In this document: piece after piece, positions 26,251 to 39,325 of the stretch
How the letters are laid out: every line of letters starts with the position of its first letter
Numbering within the stretch: the first letter of the stretch is position 1
From: Octopus bimaculoides
Taxonomy: Eukaryota
NCBI RefSeq assembly: GCF_001194135.2
Contig: NC_068987.1
Span: 81,097,635-81,161,634, forward strand
Length of the DNA stretch: 64,000 bases
Direction of reading: 5' to 3'
Notes under the pieces: generated by a model
The model's input: only the letters and a program-made list of their open reading frames with translations
The model's database searches: none
Told to the model about the DNA's origin: nothing
Made by a program: the position numbers and the translations under genes

Positions 26251-27549
26251 CTGTTGAAGAGTTTGCCATGTGTAAGATCAGAGAATAAGTAACTTACTAA
26301 CTTATGCCCAACCCATGCCAGCATGAGAAAAGTGGGTGTGAAAATGATGAGAATGTCTTCCTTGTCTCTAGTGAGTCTAACTGAAACAACTTTTCTTGCT
26401 TAAAACTCATATCCTTTCGCTACGGTTATATCATTCCAGTTATCTTGCCAGACATAACTGCCATTGTAGCAAAGCTGACAGGAGAAAACCTGAAATTTTA
26501 AATGTGAAAGAGAGAAAGCTGTTACTGATGCTAGTCTAATTTCTCATATAATATCATATATATTTTGCATTATAACAAGTAATGCAATAATGCATTTATA
26601 AGATAGCGTTCCTATGTAAATTTTGAATTATAATTTAATAATTCTGGCTTTTACTTATGTTAAAAAAGAATTGATTATTTAGTTTGCAAAAATTATTTTA
26701 ACAGATGTTAAAAGAAGCATAAATTTTTTGTTACATCAGTAGACACCATATTGATTTATACATTCAAAAGACTGCAAATCACTCTAGAGAGTAAAAAATC
26801 AGTTTGGATAAAACATGTAATACATTTATGCAAAATAAGTGAGATACAAGAGAGCCTTCAATGGTCACTCCACTTGCCTCAAATAGCAACTGAATTGCTT
26901 TCAAACCATGCTCATTCTTCAAATGGAAGGACACAGGTATTGTAGGGATCACAAATATGAAAAAAGATGGAATACTTATGGTTGGAACACCTTTGATTAT
27001 AAGTCTTCTCAACTGAAGTTCACATGGAGCTGAGCCATAAGCAGGATAGTTTCTAAAGTTATATTCAGTATACTTTCTAATAAAGAAGGTACTTGTTAAT
27101 TTAATCCTTATCCTTGTTTCAACATATTCTTGTTTCTTATGAAATTTCTCACAAATAGATTTGAACTTAAAATCCTCATTCACTTTGTGATTTCACATCT
27201 ACTTTTATCAGTCATAAGAATAGCAAATATATTATAATTAAAGATACCTTTAGGTGCTCGTAGCAATTATTAAATGTTCAGCCTTATAGAAATATAAGAA
27301 AATTATATTATACATGGTCCTATGGGCCCCTGGGTCAAGATGCTGCAGCAGTCAACACACTTACCCAAAGATAGTTCTAGTTATCATGTCAAAAGTATTA
27401 ACTACTTACATACCAACAATAAATAACAACTTTTGCACAATTTTATGGATAACTAAACGCACACATATACTAGCATTATTTATATGTGATTATAAAAAAT
27501 ATGATATTGATATCTTTTTAATTATCAAGGATATTTGTTAAATTTTCAG

Positions 27550-27638
27550 GTTCTCAGTGGAGTTTGGATTAGAAACGATTATGGAACCGAAAACTTCAAA
27601 AATATCTTTTGGTTTGAAAAGATCAAGAAAAAAATTTG
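27550..27638 (+). CDS. SPO11: SPO11 internal exon (equivalent to human exon 3), 89 nt, phase 2 to 1
   Basis: acceptor aattttcag|G, donor TTTG|gtaatt; encodes (R)FSVEFGLETIMEPKTSKISFGLKRSRKKF, aligning to human FEDSVGLQMVSHCTTRKIKSDSPKSAQKF; splices in frame to the next exon. Confidence 0.85.
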
Positions 27639-30600
27639 GTAATTAGTTTATCTATTGATTCTTTGAATTTACTCTCATTAGCAAAAGACAATAATTTTTC
27701 ACAAAATACATACCTGCATAATGTAATTTGACGGAATTACATTTGTATTGTCCAACAAGTAAAAATATAACATACCGTCATGAAATTTCTCTCTATACAT
27801 TCTCTGTTGGAAAATATTTGTTGATATTTATTTATTTTCACACATATACTTGGCACCTTAATGATTAATTTATCAGTATTTCAATCTCTTTATTGAGATA
27901 ATCAGGAAAAATGCAAAAATCCAATCTACATATGTTCAATCTGATATTTTTAACATATATACAGGATATGAAATTGTTATGACAGAAAGATTAAATTTAC
28001 CACAATTTGATTATTAACCTGAAATTTTACAGATGTAAACCAAAGAACTGAATAAATGAATATTTTACTGTTTTATAAAAATTCACAATGAAATTATTAA
28101 GCATATTAATCAAAAAATGAACCTTCTTTATTTGAAGAAAAAATTGCCATATAACAAAGCAGTGTTCCTAACTTATGACTTGTCTTATGATGTGTTATGA
28201 GTTTCAATCCCCTTCTGCACTTCTCTGGATAGTAACTTGGCATTTACTGACTTTCTTTAGACCATGATTATAAAAATAAAGACAAATGTGACAATATAGA
28301 ACAGAAAGATTATCAAATTAATCTACATTGATTTATGATGATGTAAATCTCTGTTCAAGTCAAAATAATTAAACCATTTGTATGCTTGCAAGAACATTTA
28401 TTTAGCTAACTATATAAATGTTTGTCTGTTAAAATCAACAACATATGATATAGTCTTTATAGAGTATAAATGAAAATATGAAAATAAACATAAGGCAAAA
28501 TGTTGAACATTATAGACTTTTCTTATATATTAATAATGGTTAATAAAAAGGCTTAATTGAATAAGTTCTGGTGAATTAAGGTTCACTAACAATTTCATTT
28601 GTAAATCTATCTAGCAACTGCCATTTCTATGTTCTGTGCAAAAAGTTAGACTAGTAACCTGTTTTATGTTGTTTAACTGTGTACATGTAAATGAGTTTGA
28701 TCATTACACTATGATATTCAAAGAAGAAACGGTAGAAATTTTGACATATTCAGGTCTTTTGTGACTGATGAGATTGATGACCAAAGTTTATTGAAAATAT
28801 GAAGATAAAGAGGGATTATCAAAAATGTGGAGTAGATGTAGAAAACAAGGTACAGTAAAGATCACAAGAGGAGGAGGAAGAAAGATGGGATTTACAGGTC
28901 AAAGTTTAGAGAAGTAGAAGCTTTTATGGTAGCGACAAAAGAAGAGAGAAGTAACTGTACATCTATGAGCTAGTGGTTGAAGCATGTCAGTAATTCTTAT
29001 CAGTCTATCGAATTAACTTCTTTTGAATGCAGTCTAGAATGTTAGTGCATTTGGTTTATAAGGCTTAACAATGAGAAGGCCAAATGTGTGATGGCTAAAT
29101 TCAAATGCCTGAAAGACCAGAATGCTATAAGCTTGAAAGACTGCAAGCTTGGTCTTTTGAAATATTTTTGGGGGAGAAAAAGATCATAAGAAAAGCAATT
29201 TTTTTTTTGCTTAAAAGGAAATTGAAAGTGTATTGGAAGGATATGATGCTGTAGGAATAAACAAAATAGTTTATTTATCAAATATTTCCATTCTTAAATT
29301 CTCTTATTAAATATTTTCATTCTTTGCCTTTCAATAGAAATATAAACATACAAAGCAATGAAAAGTTTTAATTTTGATTGTTGAAATTAGGCTTGTGCAT
29401 TTGTTTATATTCCTTTTCCTTCATTCTTTTATTACATAAGACCAATATACAAACTTCGCCATATCCTTTCCCTTAGGTAATCTGACCTTTGATCATTTGC
29501 ATTTGGACATGTCACATTTGTCCTCCTAACATCCAGCCAAATAATTAGCTCTCAACATTAATGTAAATAGTAGAGGCACTGAGCCTCAAATGTAAGCAGT
29601 ACTCTCATGTGGGTTTTACTTAAGTGTTATAGATGGTCAGCACTGATCAAGGTTGAAGTATATGCTGGCTCTAAAAAGGAGTCTTACATTTTAAAATGAT
29701 AGCAATAACAACAATGTGTCTGTAGTTCACGGGATTGGAAAGATAGCCCATTTTAGAATAGGATGCACTGGCATATTTCTGATGATCAGAATAGACACCT
29801 AGAGAGAAAGAAATCAGAGTTCAGCAAAGATAGAAATTGTATCTAGAACACACTGTTTGAGTATGATGGAAAGGATGTCATCAGCACTAGCCAATGGCTG
29901 GGTTTGACTAATCCAGGAAATTCATGCACTTGGTGACTGTTTGCATGAAAATCATGTGACTGTTAGTGTGAAAAAGGAGTGTTTGGCAAGAGTTTTGTTG
30001 AGTACATAGTATATAGGAATAGAGGTGAAATGAGAAGCAAAAGATTTCATTAAATGAAATTGCATTTAGATAATAATTTTGTCATTGCAATAAAATCAGT
30101 CATGATGCCAATAAAATCTTGCCAGTATATTGTATGACATTATCTGTTTATGACAGATTCAATATAAGTGAAGGAACTGATTGCTATTAGTGTCTGGGAT
30201 ATCTAGGAGGACTGATTGCAGATTAGTTAATATCATATTCTGTGCATTGTTATTGTTTAGCTCCAGCTTAATCCCAATCAAGCAAACCTCTTATCAAAGA
30301 TATTTCAACCCTGACCATACAGTTCATCTTTCACTACTGTGTATCTAGGATGACATTACCTGCTGCATTTTCTTTAAGATAGTAAGGTGTGGGATATGTG
30401 TCAGTTATTTCTGTGAGATCAAGTGACCAAGTAGAAAATTTCTCATCTCAGTATGGTTGAGAGAGCTGCTCTATTTCCAGATAGTAACAATTAAGCCAAA
30501 GTCAGCAGTAACAAATTAACTAATGTTTTATTGAATACTTAATTTTGTACTGCAAGGGTATCACTTCCCATAAGTAATGTCTCAAATTTTTGTTTTATAT

Positions 30601-32408
30601 TGGAATTTGGCGAATAAAGAACCTCTTAACGATCTGAAATCATATGTTCCCTTGGTTGTTTTCCAGCTGAAGCTGCTAATACTAAGAGTAGTCTGAAGTG
30701 AACAAGTGAAAAAATTTGTACTCCACTTGTGCTATTTTAAATATTGAAGACCTGATGTTTTACCTATACTATGAATTGTTCAGATAACATCTTCAATGCT
30801 TATGTCATGAACTAAATGATTTTATTGCATTAAGAAAGTAGGTATACTTGATAGTTAAACGACTATTATGTTTTGAGATTTCCAGAGTTTTCTAGTGCCT
30901 GTGATCAAAACCATTCTACTTGTGACCATCCATCTTATATCATTTATCTAGAACTACATTATTCAGTGTGCCCTTTTTTTTTAAAAGATGGTAGACTGTG
31001 ATTTGAAGGTAATTTGTCTGCTATTTGTGGCAGTGAAGTGATTATGTAAAAGTTCCCTCATTAGCTTTACATTGCTGAGGGCTACAATTTATGAATTGAT
31101 AGAATGATAATGATTTATACTGGGTGTCCAGAAAATCTTGTCTAATTTTGGTAAAAATAAGTAACTAATCTGTATAATAATAGACAAATCATTGACTCAA
31201 TTGTTATTATTGAAATGGTTGTATTTGTATAATTGGAATGTAAAAAGAACAGACACTCTGTAATTTTAGTTAGTTGTAATTCAATTCAAATTGTTCCCCT
31301 TCATAAAAAATAATCAATTTTATGTAGAATTGAGCAAAATTAAATATGTTTTTTTTTTTAACATTATTGATTAGTTTGTCAGTTTTACTAAAATTTGGTG
31401 AAACTTTCTGGATAGCCCGATGCAACATATATATATGTTCCTGTGATATAAAATATATGTACATAATGTTTTATGTAAATATAGTATTACATTGTACATT
31501 CACATATGTACACTATGGGGAAAGAAAAAAAGTAACCATTATGTATTTGATTCAAAAGATGCACAAACAACCAATAAATCATCAGCTTATTGTTGCAACA
31601 ACACAATGTAACACAAAACAGATTAGTGATCTATTCATGCTTTTAAACTGATATATCATCAAATATCAAGTCTCTACTTGAAGAGTAACTTCTATTGAAA
31701 CTATAACTATTTCTAGGTAATATGAAATTGTAAACCTGGTCATTGCTGGCTTAAAAGAGCCAAGTAAGAAATGAAAGAAGAACGCATATCAGCCCTTTAC
31801 AATTGTATTCTCTACTATGTAACAATAAGCTAATTGATGAACTAAACTAGTAAATTTTGTATCGACATGTGAAAATAAAATTTGTCTAAATCTCTACAAG
31901 ATAGATAGCAGAGTAATAATGTTCATTGAAAAATACCTATTAGATTTTACTTAAAACAATAATGGAACACCTTACAAGTCACTATTGTAAACAAGCAAAT
32001 GAAAATTCCAGGAATGATGTATCCTATTCCGCTTTGTGTTAATTTGTTTCTTTTCTTGAACACAAATATATTAAAATCTTTATAACATTTTAACAAAGTA
32101 GAAGTGATAATTTTTATTTTACATTCTGATTCATTGATTATATTTGTGTCATTATGATATTTTGGTGTTAAAGTTTTTGTGAAATATATCTGATGGTTCT
32201 AGATCCTAAACAGCAAGGTAACAAATGCATCTCTGTGAAATATTGAGATGAATATCCTCAAATCGTTATCTTTTTTGTATAAGAATTATATCTTAATACA
32301 TGAACTCATATCAGATTACTTACTAAATGAGTAAAACAATTTTTCCCAATATTTGCTTATATTTCTCCTTACAATTGATTGCAAATACATGATCACAGAT
32401 GAATATGT

Positions 32409-32458
<50 letters not shown>

Positions 32459-33355
32459 TTATACATATATATAATGTCTAAATATGTATATATCAATATA
32501 GGAATAGGTATATATCAATACGCTTATAATATCTAAAGAACAGTTATTGAAATCATTCAGTTACATAATTATAATTACAGGTTATTATATTAAATGTGAT
32601 GCGCTGAAAATAAATTGAAATTATAACTTTAATATGGGGAAAAAATTTGTTAGTGTTAAGGAAATTTCTCTCAAAGGGAACAAGAGAAGGATAAAAATCA
32701 AATGAAGTTATGTAAGGAAGAACTAGGGAGAAAGTGGTAAGATCTTTTGTGGGTATAGTGACAAATTTCTTGGTGAATACAAATTTAAAACTCAAGTTAC
32801 TCATTGACTGAATCTGAACATAAGATTTACATTTACAAAATATCAAACTTTTATCTAACAACTACATAAGTTGCTTTTCTTACATCAACATACATAGATT
32901 TTGATAAACAAAATGTATCTAGTTTATAGGAGGGTTTGTTATTTGGAATATTACCTTTGAGTTTTGATTTCTGTAAAAATCTAAATTGGATGTTTTTACT
33001 AATTCCAAAAATTGTATAGTATGAGGTAACAAGAAAACCCCATAGTTACTTATCAAGCTAGAAACAACATCCAAATCTCTCATTACAGCTTAGCATCTGA
33101 AAAATAAGGAAGAACATATCGAATAATATAATTTTAGATAAACATTGCCTGAAAAAATATAAAACCTCAACAACAATGAAAGACAGGGTGGTTACAGCTG
33201 GAATGCTTTCAATTGCAAGACTAATCTATGGCTTTACAAAAACAATGTGTATTAATTAATATTCATGAGTGTTACCAATAATGAATTTAAAAGATTTACT
33301 CAAGATTCACTGAATATATTAAAAGTAGTCAGTAATGGAGGTAATAAGAATTTTA

Positions 33356-33396
<41 letters not shown>

Positions 33397-33443
33397 ATAA
33401 AATTTCTAAAAGTTGTAGTTAATCAATTTTATTTTTATTACAG

Positions 33444-33510
33444 ATCTGTTATTAAAGTTACTGGCAATTATATACCAGCTTGTTCAAACTGATGCTTACA
33501 GAACTAAAAG
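33444..33510 (+). CDS. SPO11: SPO11 internal exon (equivalent to human exon 4), 67 nt, phase 1 to 2
   Basis: acceptor atttttattacag|AT, donor AAAAG|gtattt; DLLLKLLAIIYQLVQTDAYRTK(R) versus human SLILKILSMIYKLVQSNTYATKR. Confidence 0.93.
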
Positions 33511-34192
33511 GTATTTAACAATACGTTTGACTATGTATGGTGGCTTACTGGTTGCTCTCATAAGAAACAAATGTTACCATAGTTTACTGCAAATGAAGCT
33601 CAAGTCTATGTGGTTATAATATTCATAGTGATATATGGATGGTGGATTGGCAAAACCAGTAGGGTTACAGATACAGTGCCTTGTAATATTTCAGTGCTTT
33701 TACTCTGTGTTCAAATCTTGCCAAGGGATACCTTTGTTTTTTTTTTATCTTCCTAGAGTTCGTAAAATAAGTACCAGTTATGTATTGGAATTACCTAATC
33801 ACCTATGTCCACCCGCTAAATTTGTCTATATTAGAAATCAATACTTTGAATGTAAAATACACTTTCAAAGTACATTTCGTAACCAGTTTCTATGATGCCT
33901 TGAAATTTTACAAATATATGTGATTTGAAGATAGTTTTGCTCTTCAAAATATGTTTGGTTTGGCTGGCAGTGTTATCACTTCTGCTGTTAGAAAATTATC
34001 CATTCCCTTCATGCTTTCAAAGACATGCGAAATAAGAGGTCTTTTACATGATAAGCAGGTAATGGTTAGTGACAGGAAGAGCATCAAGATGTAAAATAAT
34101 GCCTCAATAATATATACGTTTAACCCATGCTAACAGAAAAAGGAACATAAAATGAATGAACATTCAATCAATCAATCAATCAATATATATAC

Positions 34193-34382
34193 ATATTAAA
34201 AATCGGGAAGGCTGGTTTGTGGGATTACCTTAGGTTTCCTGCCCATAAAGGGTTTAGCTCTATGGCGTATCGTCAGATCCCTAAAACCTGTTGGCTCATA
34301 ACCTCTTGAAAATATGGAGGGGGAAATGTGGACAGAAAACCTAAGGTAATCCTATAAACCGGCCTTCCCATTTTTAATATAT
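34193..34382. mobile_element. MITE with about 55-bp terminal inverted repeats in TA context
   Basis: ATATTAAAAATCGGGAAGGCTGGTTTGTGGGATTACCTTAGGTTTCCTGCCCA versus reverse complement of TGGACAGAAAACCTAAGGTAATCCTATAAACCGGCCTTCCCATTTTTAATAT. Confidence 0.85.
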
Positions 34383-34441
34383 ACTGTTCTACATCTTAAA
34401 GTGTGCTTCTTTCAGATTTATGTTTTTTACAAACGATATAG

Positions 34442-34472
<31 letters not shown>

Positions 34473-34842
34473 NNNNNNNNNNNNNNNNNNNNNNNNNNNN
34501 NNNNNNNNNNNNNNNNNNNNNNNNNNNNNNNNNNNNNNNNNNNNNNNNNNNNNNNNNNNNNNNNNNNNNNNNNNNNNNNNNNNNNNNNNNNNNNNNNNNN
34601 NNNNNNNNNNNNNNNNNNNNNNNNNNNNNNNNNNNNNNNNNNNNNNNNNNNNNNNNNNNNNNNNNNNNNNNNNNNNNNNNNNNNNNNNNNNNNNNNNNNN
34701 NNNNNNNNNNNNNNNNNNNNNNNNNNNNNNNNNNNNNNNNNNNNNNNNNNNNNNNNNNNNNNNNNNNNNNNNNNNNNNNNNNNNNNNNNNNNNNNNNNNN
34801 NNNNNNNNNNNNNNNNNNNNNNNNNNNNNNNNNNNNNNNNNN
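34473..34842. other. assembly gap flanked by (AT)n and (AC)n
   Basis: run of N. Confidence 1.
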
Positions 34843-34873
34843 ACACGCACGCACGCACACACACGCACAAACG

Positions 34874-34906
<33 letters not shown>

Positions 34907-34985
34907 GTGTGTGTGTACTACAACAATATTTGAACCACCTGTAGATCTCCCTTTTTTATGATGTGTATCACACACACACACACAC

Positions 34986-35021
<36 letters not shown>

Positions 35022-35488
35022 GTATCTGTGTGTAATTGTATTTATATGAATGCATATACACGTGTGTGTGTATGTGTGTGTTTTATGCATGTATGTGTGA
35101 GTGTGTGTGTGTGCATTGTGTTAGTGGTTATTGTTATATAAAAATCCGAATTTTTGTTCAATACAGTTAGTAGTGTATCTTTTGAAAACCAAGTAATGAA
35201 AGCAATGGTTATGTTGCAGTCTTATTAGATCGTACTAGTGAAGCATATTTAGTGCAGGTGGCAAAACTTCAAAGTATGTATAGAAATAAAATGAAATTTA
35301 GATTCACTTATACTCTCAGAGTTTTTTTTTTATATTTTAACTATTCTTGAGAGATATTGTGTCTTGTGATTGCAAAGATAATCCTAGATAATAAAATTTT
35401 TTCAACTCACTATTTTTGACTCCACAACTGCATGTTTATTTGGCATGCCCCACTTCTTTTTTCCCCTCTCTCTGTCTGTATGTGTGTG

Positions 35489-35526
<38 letters not shown>

Positions 35527-35809
35527 AACAATATATGAGTATATGCATATATATGTACATGTATGTATATACGTTCAGGGAGAGAGAGAGAGAGAGAGAG
35601 AGAAATTAAGAAAAGGAGAGATACTGATTACTTTTGCCTTGCTAACTGCCTTGAATATGTTTTACTGATGAGATTTTATCATCAAAATATGTCTTAAATA
35701 GATCCTCTCCAAATAGCATTTCTTAATGAATTGTGTCAGCTTAATTTCATGTCACACTTCTTTTAGAAGCACAAAAACTTGTATTTAAACTTCCCCTGTT
35801 AGAAACAAG

Positions 35810-36130
35810 ACAGATACAGTGAGATTCCTCGTGACTGTCTCACAGTCTTTGATGATCTCTCATGGCCAAGCCACATATCACAAAATGAAAGATTTCTCAT
35901 AATCACCAAGAAATACTTCAATATTGTTTAATTGCTAATCTCCTATATAACCAGTGAAACTTACACTAGAGCTCTGCTCACATACTTGGAATGCTGTTGC
36001 TGCTGTTACATGCACAAACACTGTAGACAGTATCCTGCCCCCACTCCACCCAAAGAACCATTTTTATGACTGGTAAAAACTCAGTGACCAGTATGTTTCA
36101 CACAAGCCTGCAGACATAGTATTTCATTTA
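35810..36130 (+). mobile_element. L2/CR1 LINE 3' remnant
   Basis: VFDDLSWPSHI and LELCSHTWNAV resemble the DLSW..HI and LEYCSHVW motifs. Confidence 0.55.
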
Positions 36131-36614
36131 TTTGTCTTGCTTTCCTTTATTGCTACTACAGTGGTGTCTTCTTCTCTAAACCAGATAGTTATCTAAACTA
36201 GATAACTTTATACCCTCTCTATACAGGCTTATTTGTCTTATGCCTCTCTCTTATATATTTTCATACACACATATATATGTGTGTAAATATAGACGTATTA
36301 TTTTGTTTTGATTTTAAAATAGAACAATAATAATTAAATATGTTAGTTGTAAATATCTTGAGGTTAGATGCAATTTTTCAGTTTAATGTTAATCTATTTT
36401 TGAAATATTTTCAGTTCTATTGATGACTATGTCTTTCCTCCTCACATTAACTAAACTGTAATTTAACATCTTAACATCTAATTTCTAATGTAAATATCTA
36501 CATTTTTGGTGAACTTGGCCGTTTCATTTTTGAAATAATTGTTTAACTTATTTATTTATATTTTGATATATTATTGAATACAATTCTTTATTACAACACA
36601 CATTTCTATTGCAG

Positions 36615-36723
36615 GGATATCTATTATCAGAATGTTAACTGCTTTAAGACACAATCTGTTCTTGACACTTTACTTAACAATATATCCCACTTATTGGAAG
36701 TGCCTCGTTGGGATCTACATGTT
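36615..36723 (+). CDS. SPO11: SPO11 internal exon (equivalent to human exon 5) with the catalytic tyrosine, 109 nt, phase 2 to 0
   Basis: acceptor ttctattgcag|G, donor GTT|gtaagt; (R)DIYYQNVNCFKTQSVLDTLLNNISHLLEVPRWDLHV versus human RDIYYTDSQLFGNQTVVDNIINDISCMLKVSRRSLHI; catalytic Tyr codon 36625-36627. Confidence 0.96.
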
Positions 36724-38540
36724 GTAAGTTACATTTGTTATTCGTAATGACAGTTTTCATGTAATATTAATTGGGATATTGCAAACTTACTCCATACTCA
36801 AGAAAGGCTCTCACAAAAATGTCTATGTAAAGTAACTAGACATTTTCAAAAACATTCAACACTTTCATGACTGTATTTTTAACTTTTAGTTAATTTTGAT
36901 AATAACAAAAAATTTAAAAGGCTTTAGTAAAAAAATTGTTTCTTTTTAGAACATAACAAAGGATTGTTATCTTAAGTTCTGATGGAAGATTTAAAGCTAA
37001 ATGTGACTAATTTAAAATGGGTTTTGTATCAAATAATCAGATTGGCAGCAAAGAGATAAAAGTTTGATTTACACGGTAACCCTTAATTATAAAATGTTAG
37101 TATTTATTTTGTAAAAATTCAGTTTTAATTGAAATTATCATTCTGAAATCTATCAAAAATAATTTCTTAATTTTACAGACACTTTTTCCATACATTGTGG
37201 GGCAGTTCGTTTGCTTCTGTTCTTAATACTTATTTCTCTTCATCAACATTTATATTCACTTTTTGTTATCTTATGAGTAAATAAGGTTAAGCTCTTCTTA
37301 TAAGAAGTATTTTAGACACTTGTTAGTAAGTACTTATGTATCTGTAAATTAGTCAGTGTGATGCAGGTTAATCATTAATTACTGTGTGTTTTCTTAAAAT
37401 ACAGTCTAGACCATGAGTAAACTTTGCTAAGCTGTATCTCAGCATTACAAAGAGTGAGAAAATATATATTTTCAGAAGTTGTCTATCCATCTACAAACAT
37501 TGTTTAGAGTATTATTGTAAACAGACATTTACAGAATCTGCTTCCCTTAAGCTGCCATTCATAGAATTATACTCATCATGGTTTATCTTTAGTAAATAGA
37601 TAAGAACTGATATATTACTTTCTTTGTTTCTACTTACTAATGGTGATTAACCTATTATTTCATGTCTGCTTGTGCTTTCAGACCATAAATTTTTCTTCAT
37701 AACAACTTACAAATGAAAATAATAATTTTAACACTCAGTTGTTTTCAGTTATTATACCAATAAATCTTCCCTGTTTTTTTATTTGTTAACATTAACAAAC
37801 ATTGTATTTAGTTAGAATCTTATGTAATTCCATACAGAAAATGAACTTTAATCTTTAGTTTAATATAGAAAGAATATATAGTTAGTAACAATATTTAATG
37901 TCTTTTTATACAATGTCATATTTTTTATGGGTCTTAGATAATTATTTTGTTACCCTTTAATAATTTAGGCACCTTAGAGTTTTCACAAAAAGTGGTCGTT
38001 CAAATACCCTGCTTCTTGATGTGATGTCACTTCCTCCTGACACTTCTTGTCTTTCCTAGCTCTTAGTCCTCCTCTCCCTGCAATCTTCCATACCATGTTA
38101 GCCCTCAAAGAGGAGTTAGGTCAACATAGTTGATATTCAGATATTTTTGTATACTGATGTTTTAGGAAAAAACTGTTAGGATGCAGTTAGAGAAAGTATT
38201 GGAAAAGGGTTTAGTATGGGTTCTGTGAAGTGCTATTAAACAAAATGCATAACAAGGAAAAGAGAGGTGAGAGAATCATGTGTCTGAGTGAGGTTAGTGT
38301 ACAACTGGAATATGAGTAACAATGTATGGTTTATCTTAGATCTGTATTAAATATCTGATAGATTTTACAAGAATAAATCAATAATAAATCAGCTGTTCTG
38401 CATTTTGAGATACACTTTTTAATTTTGAGTTTGCACTTTTATTTTCTAGCTTTTATAAAATTTGCCTTCATGGCCACTTTTTCTAGAACATATGATTAAA
38501 CATAAGTTCCAACATTCGTACTATTATGTCTAATAGATCA

Positions 38541-39325
38541 TTATCATCATCATCATCATCATCGTTTAATGTCTATTTTCCATGTTAGCATGGGTTGGAC
38601 AGTTTGACTGGGGTCTGGGAAGCCAGGAGGCTGCACTAGGCTCCAGTCTGATCTGGCAGTGTTTCTACAGCTGGATGCCCTTCCTAACGCCAACCACTCC
38701 ATGAGTGTAGTGGGTGCTTTTTACATGCCAAAAGCACAGGGGCCAGAGGATGGAATCTGTTTTCTGAGCATCTGTGGTGTTTATTGCCCCTATGCATCTG
38801 CCGCACATGAAAGCTATATTCTCGGTTAATCTTCCTTTGATGCTGCTGTACCTCTTATGTGTCCATAGCTTACACTGGGTACATCTTATGGAATTTCTAC
38901 CAACATCTTTTCTACACATTGAACAGGGCCACTTACCTGAGGGTGTGTGTGATGAGTTCGCCTTCCTACTTACTAGAACTTTGGTCCTTGCAACATTGAC
39001 TCTAAGGCCTTTTGATTCTAAACCTCGCTTCCACACCCGGAATTTTTTTTCTAATTCTGGTAGTGATTCTAATTCCAGCTATGAGGGCCAGGTCATCAGC
39101 ATAGAGGAGCTCCCACTTGTCTTGAATTCCTCTGTTATTGCCTGGAGGACTATGATGAATAAAAGGGGACTGAGGGCTGAACCTTGGTGGACCCCTACTT
39201 CTACCCAGAATTCTTCACTATGCTCATTGCCAATCCTAACCTTACTAATGACCTCTCTGTATAGGGCTTGTACAATCATTATTAACTATTCATCAATCTC
39301 TAGTTTCCGCATTGCTCACCAAATT
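38541..39325 (-). mobile_element. RTE LINE copy with internal deletion joining RT directly to the 3' tail
   Basis: EVGVHQGSALSPLLFIIVLQAITEEFK; WPCSMCRKDVGRNSIRCTQCKLWTH; then jumps to the tail and (ATG)n. Confidence 0.92.

Noticed and set aside
26741-26791. 51-nt phase 2-to-2 candidate for SPO11 exon 2
   Set aside because: Weak donor (gtaaaa) and no similarity to the SPO11 N-terminal helix.
26779-27183. 134-aa minus-strand ORF with faint THAP-like ends (ICEKFH.., KGVPTI)
   Set aside because: No N-terminal C2CH ligands or conserved Trp/Pro; antisense within a SPO11 intron; insufficient support.
34389-34981. Long ORFs in the track spanning N runs (also 41765-42617, 46847-47490, 55740-56577, 62625-63421)
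   Set aside because: Artefacts of gaps and dinucleotide repeats; only the mariner frame at 62682-63467 is real.
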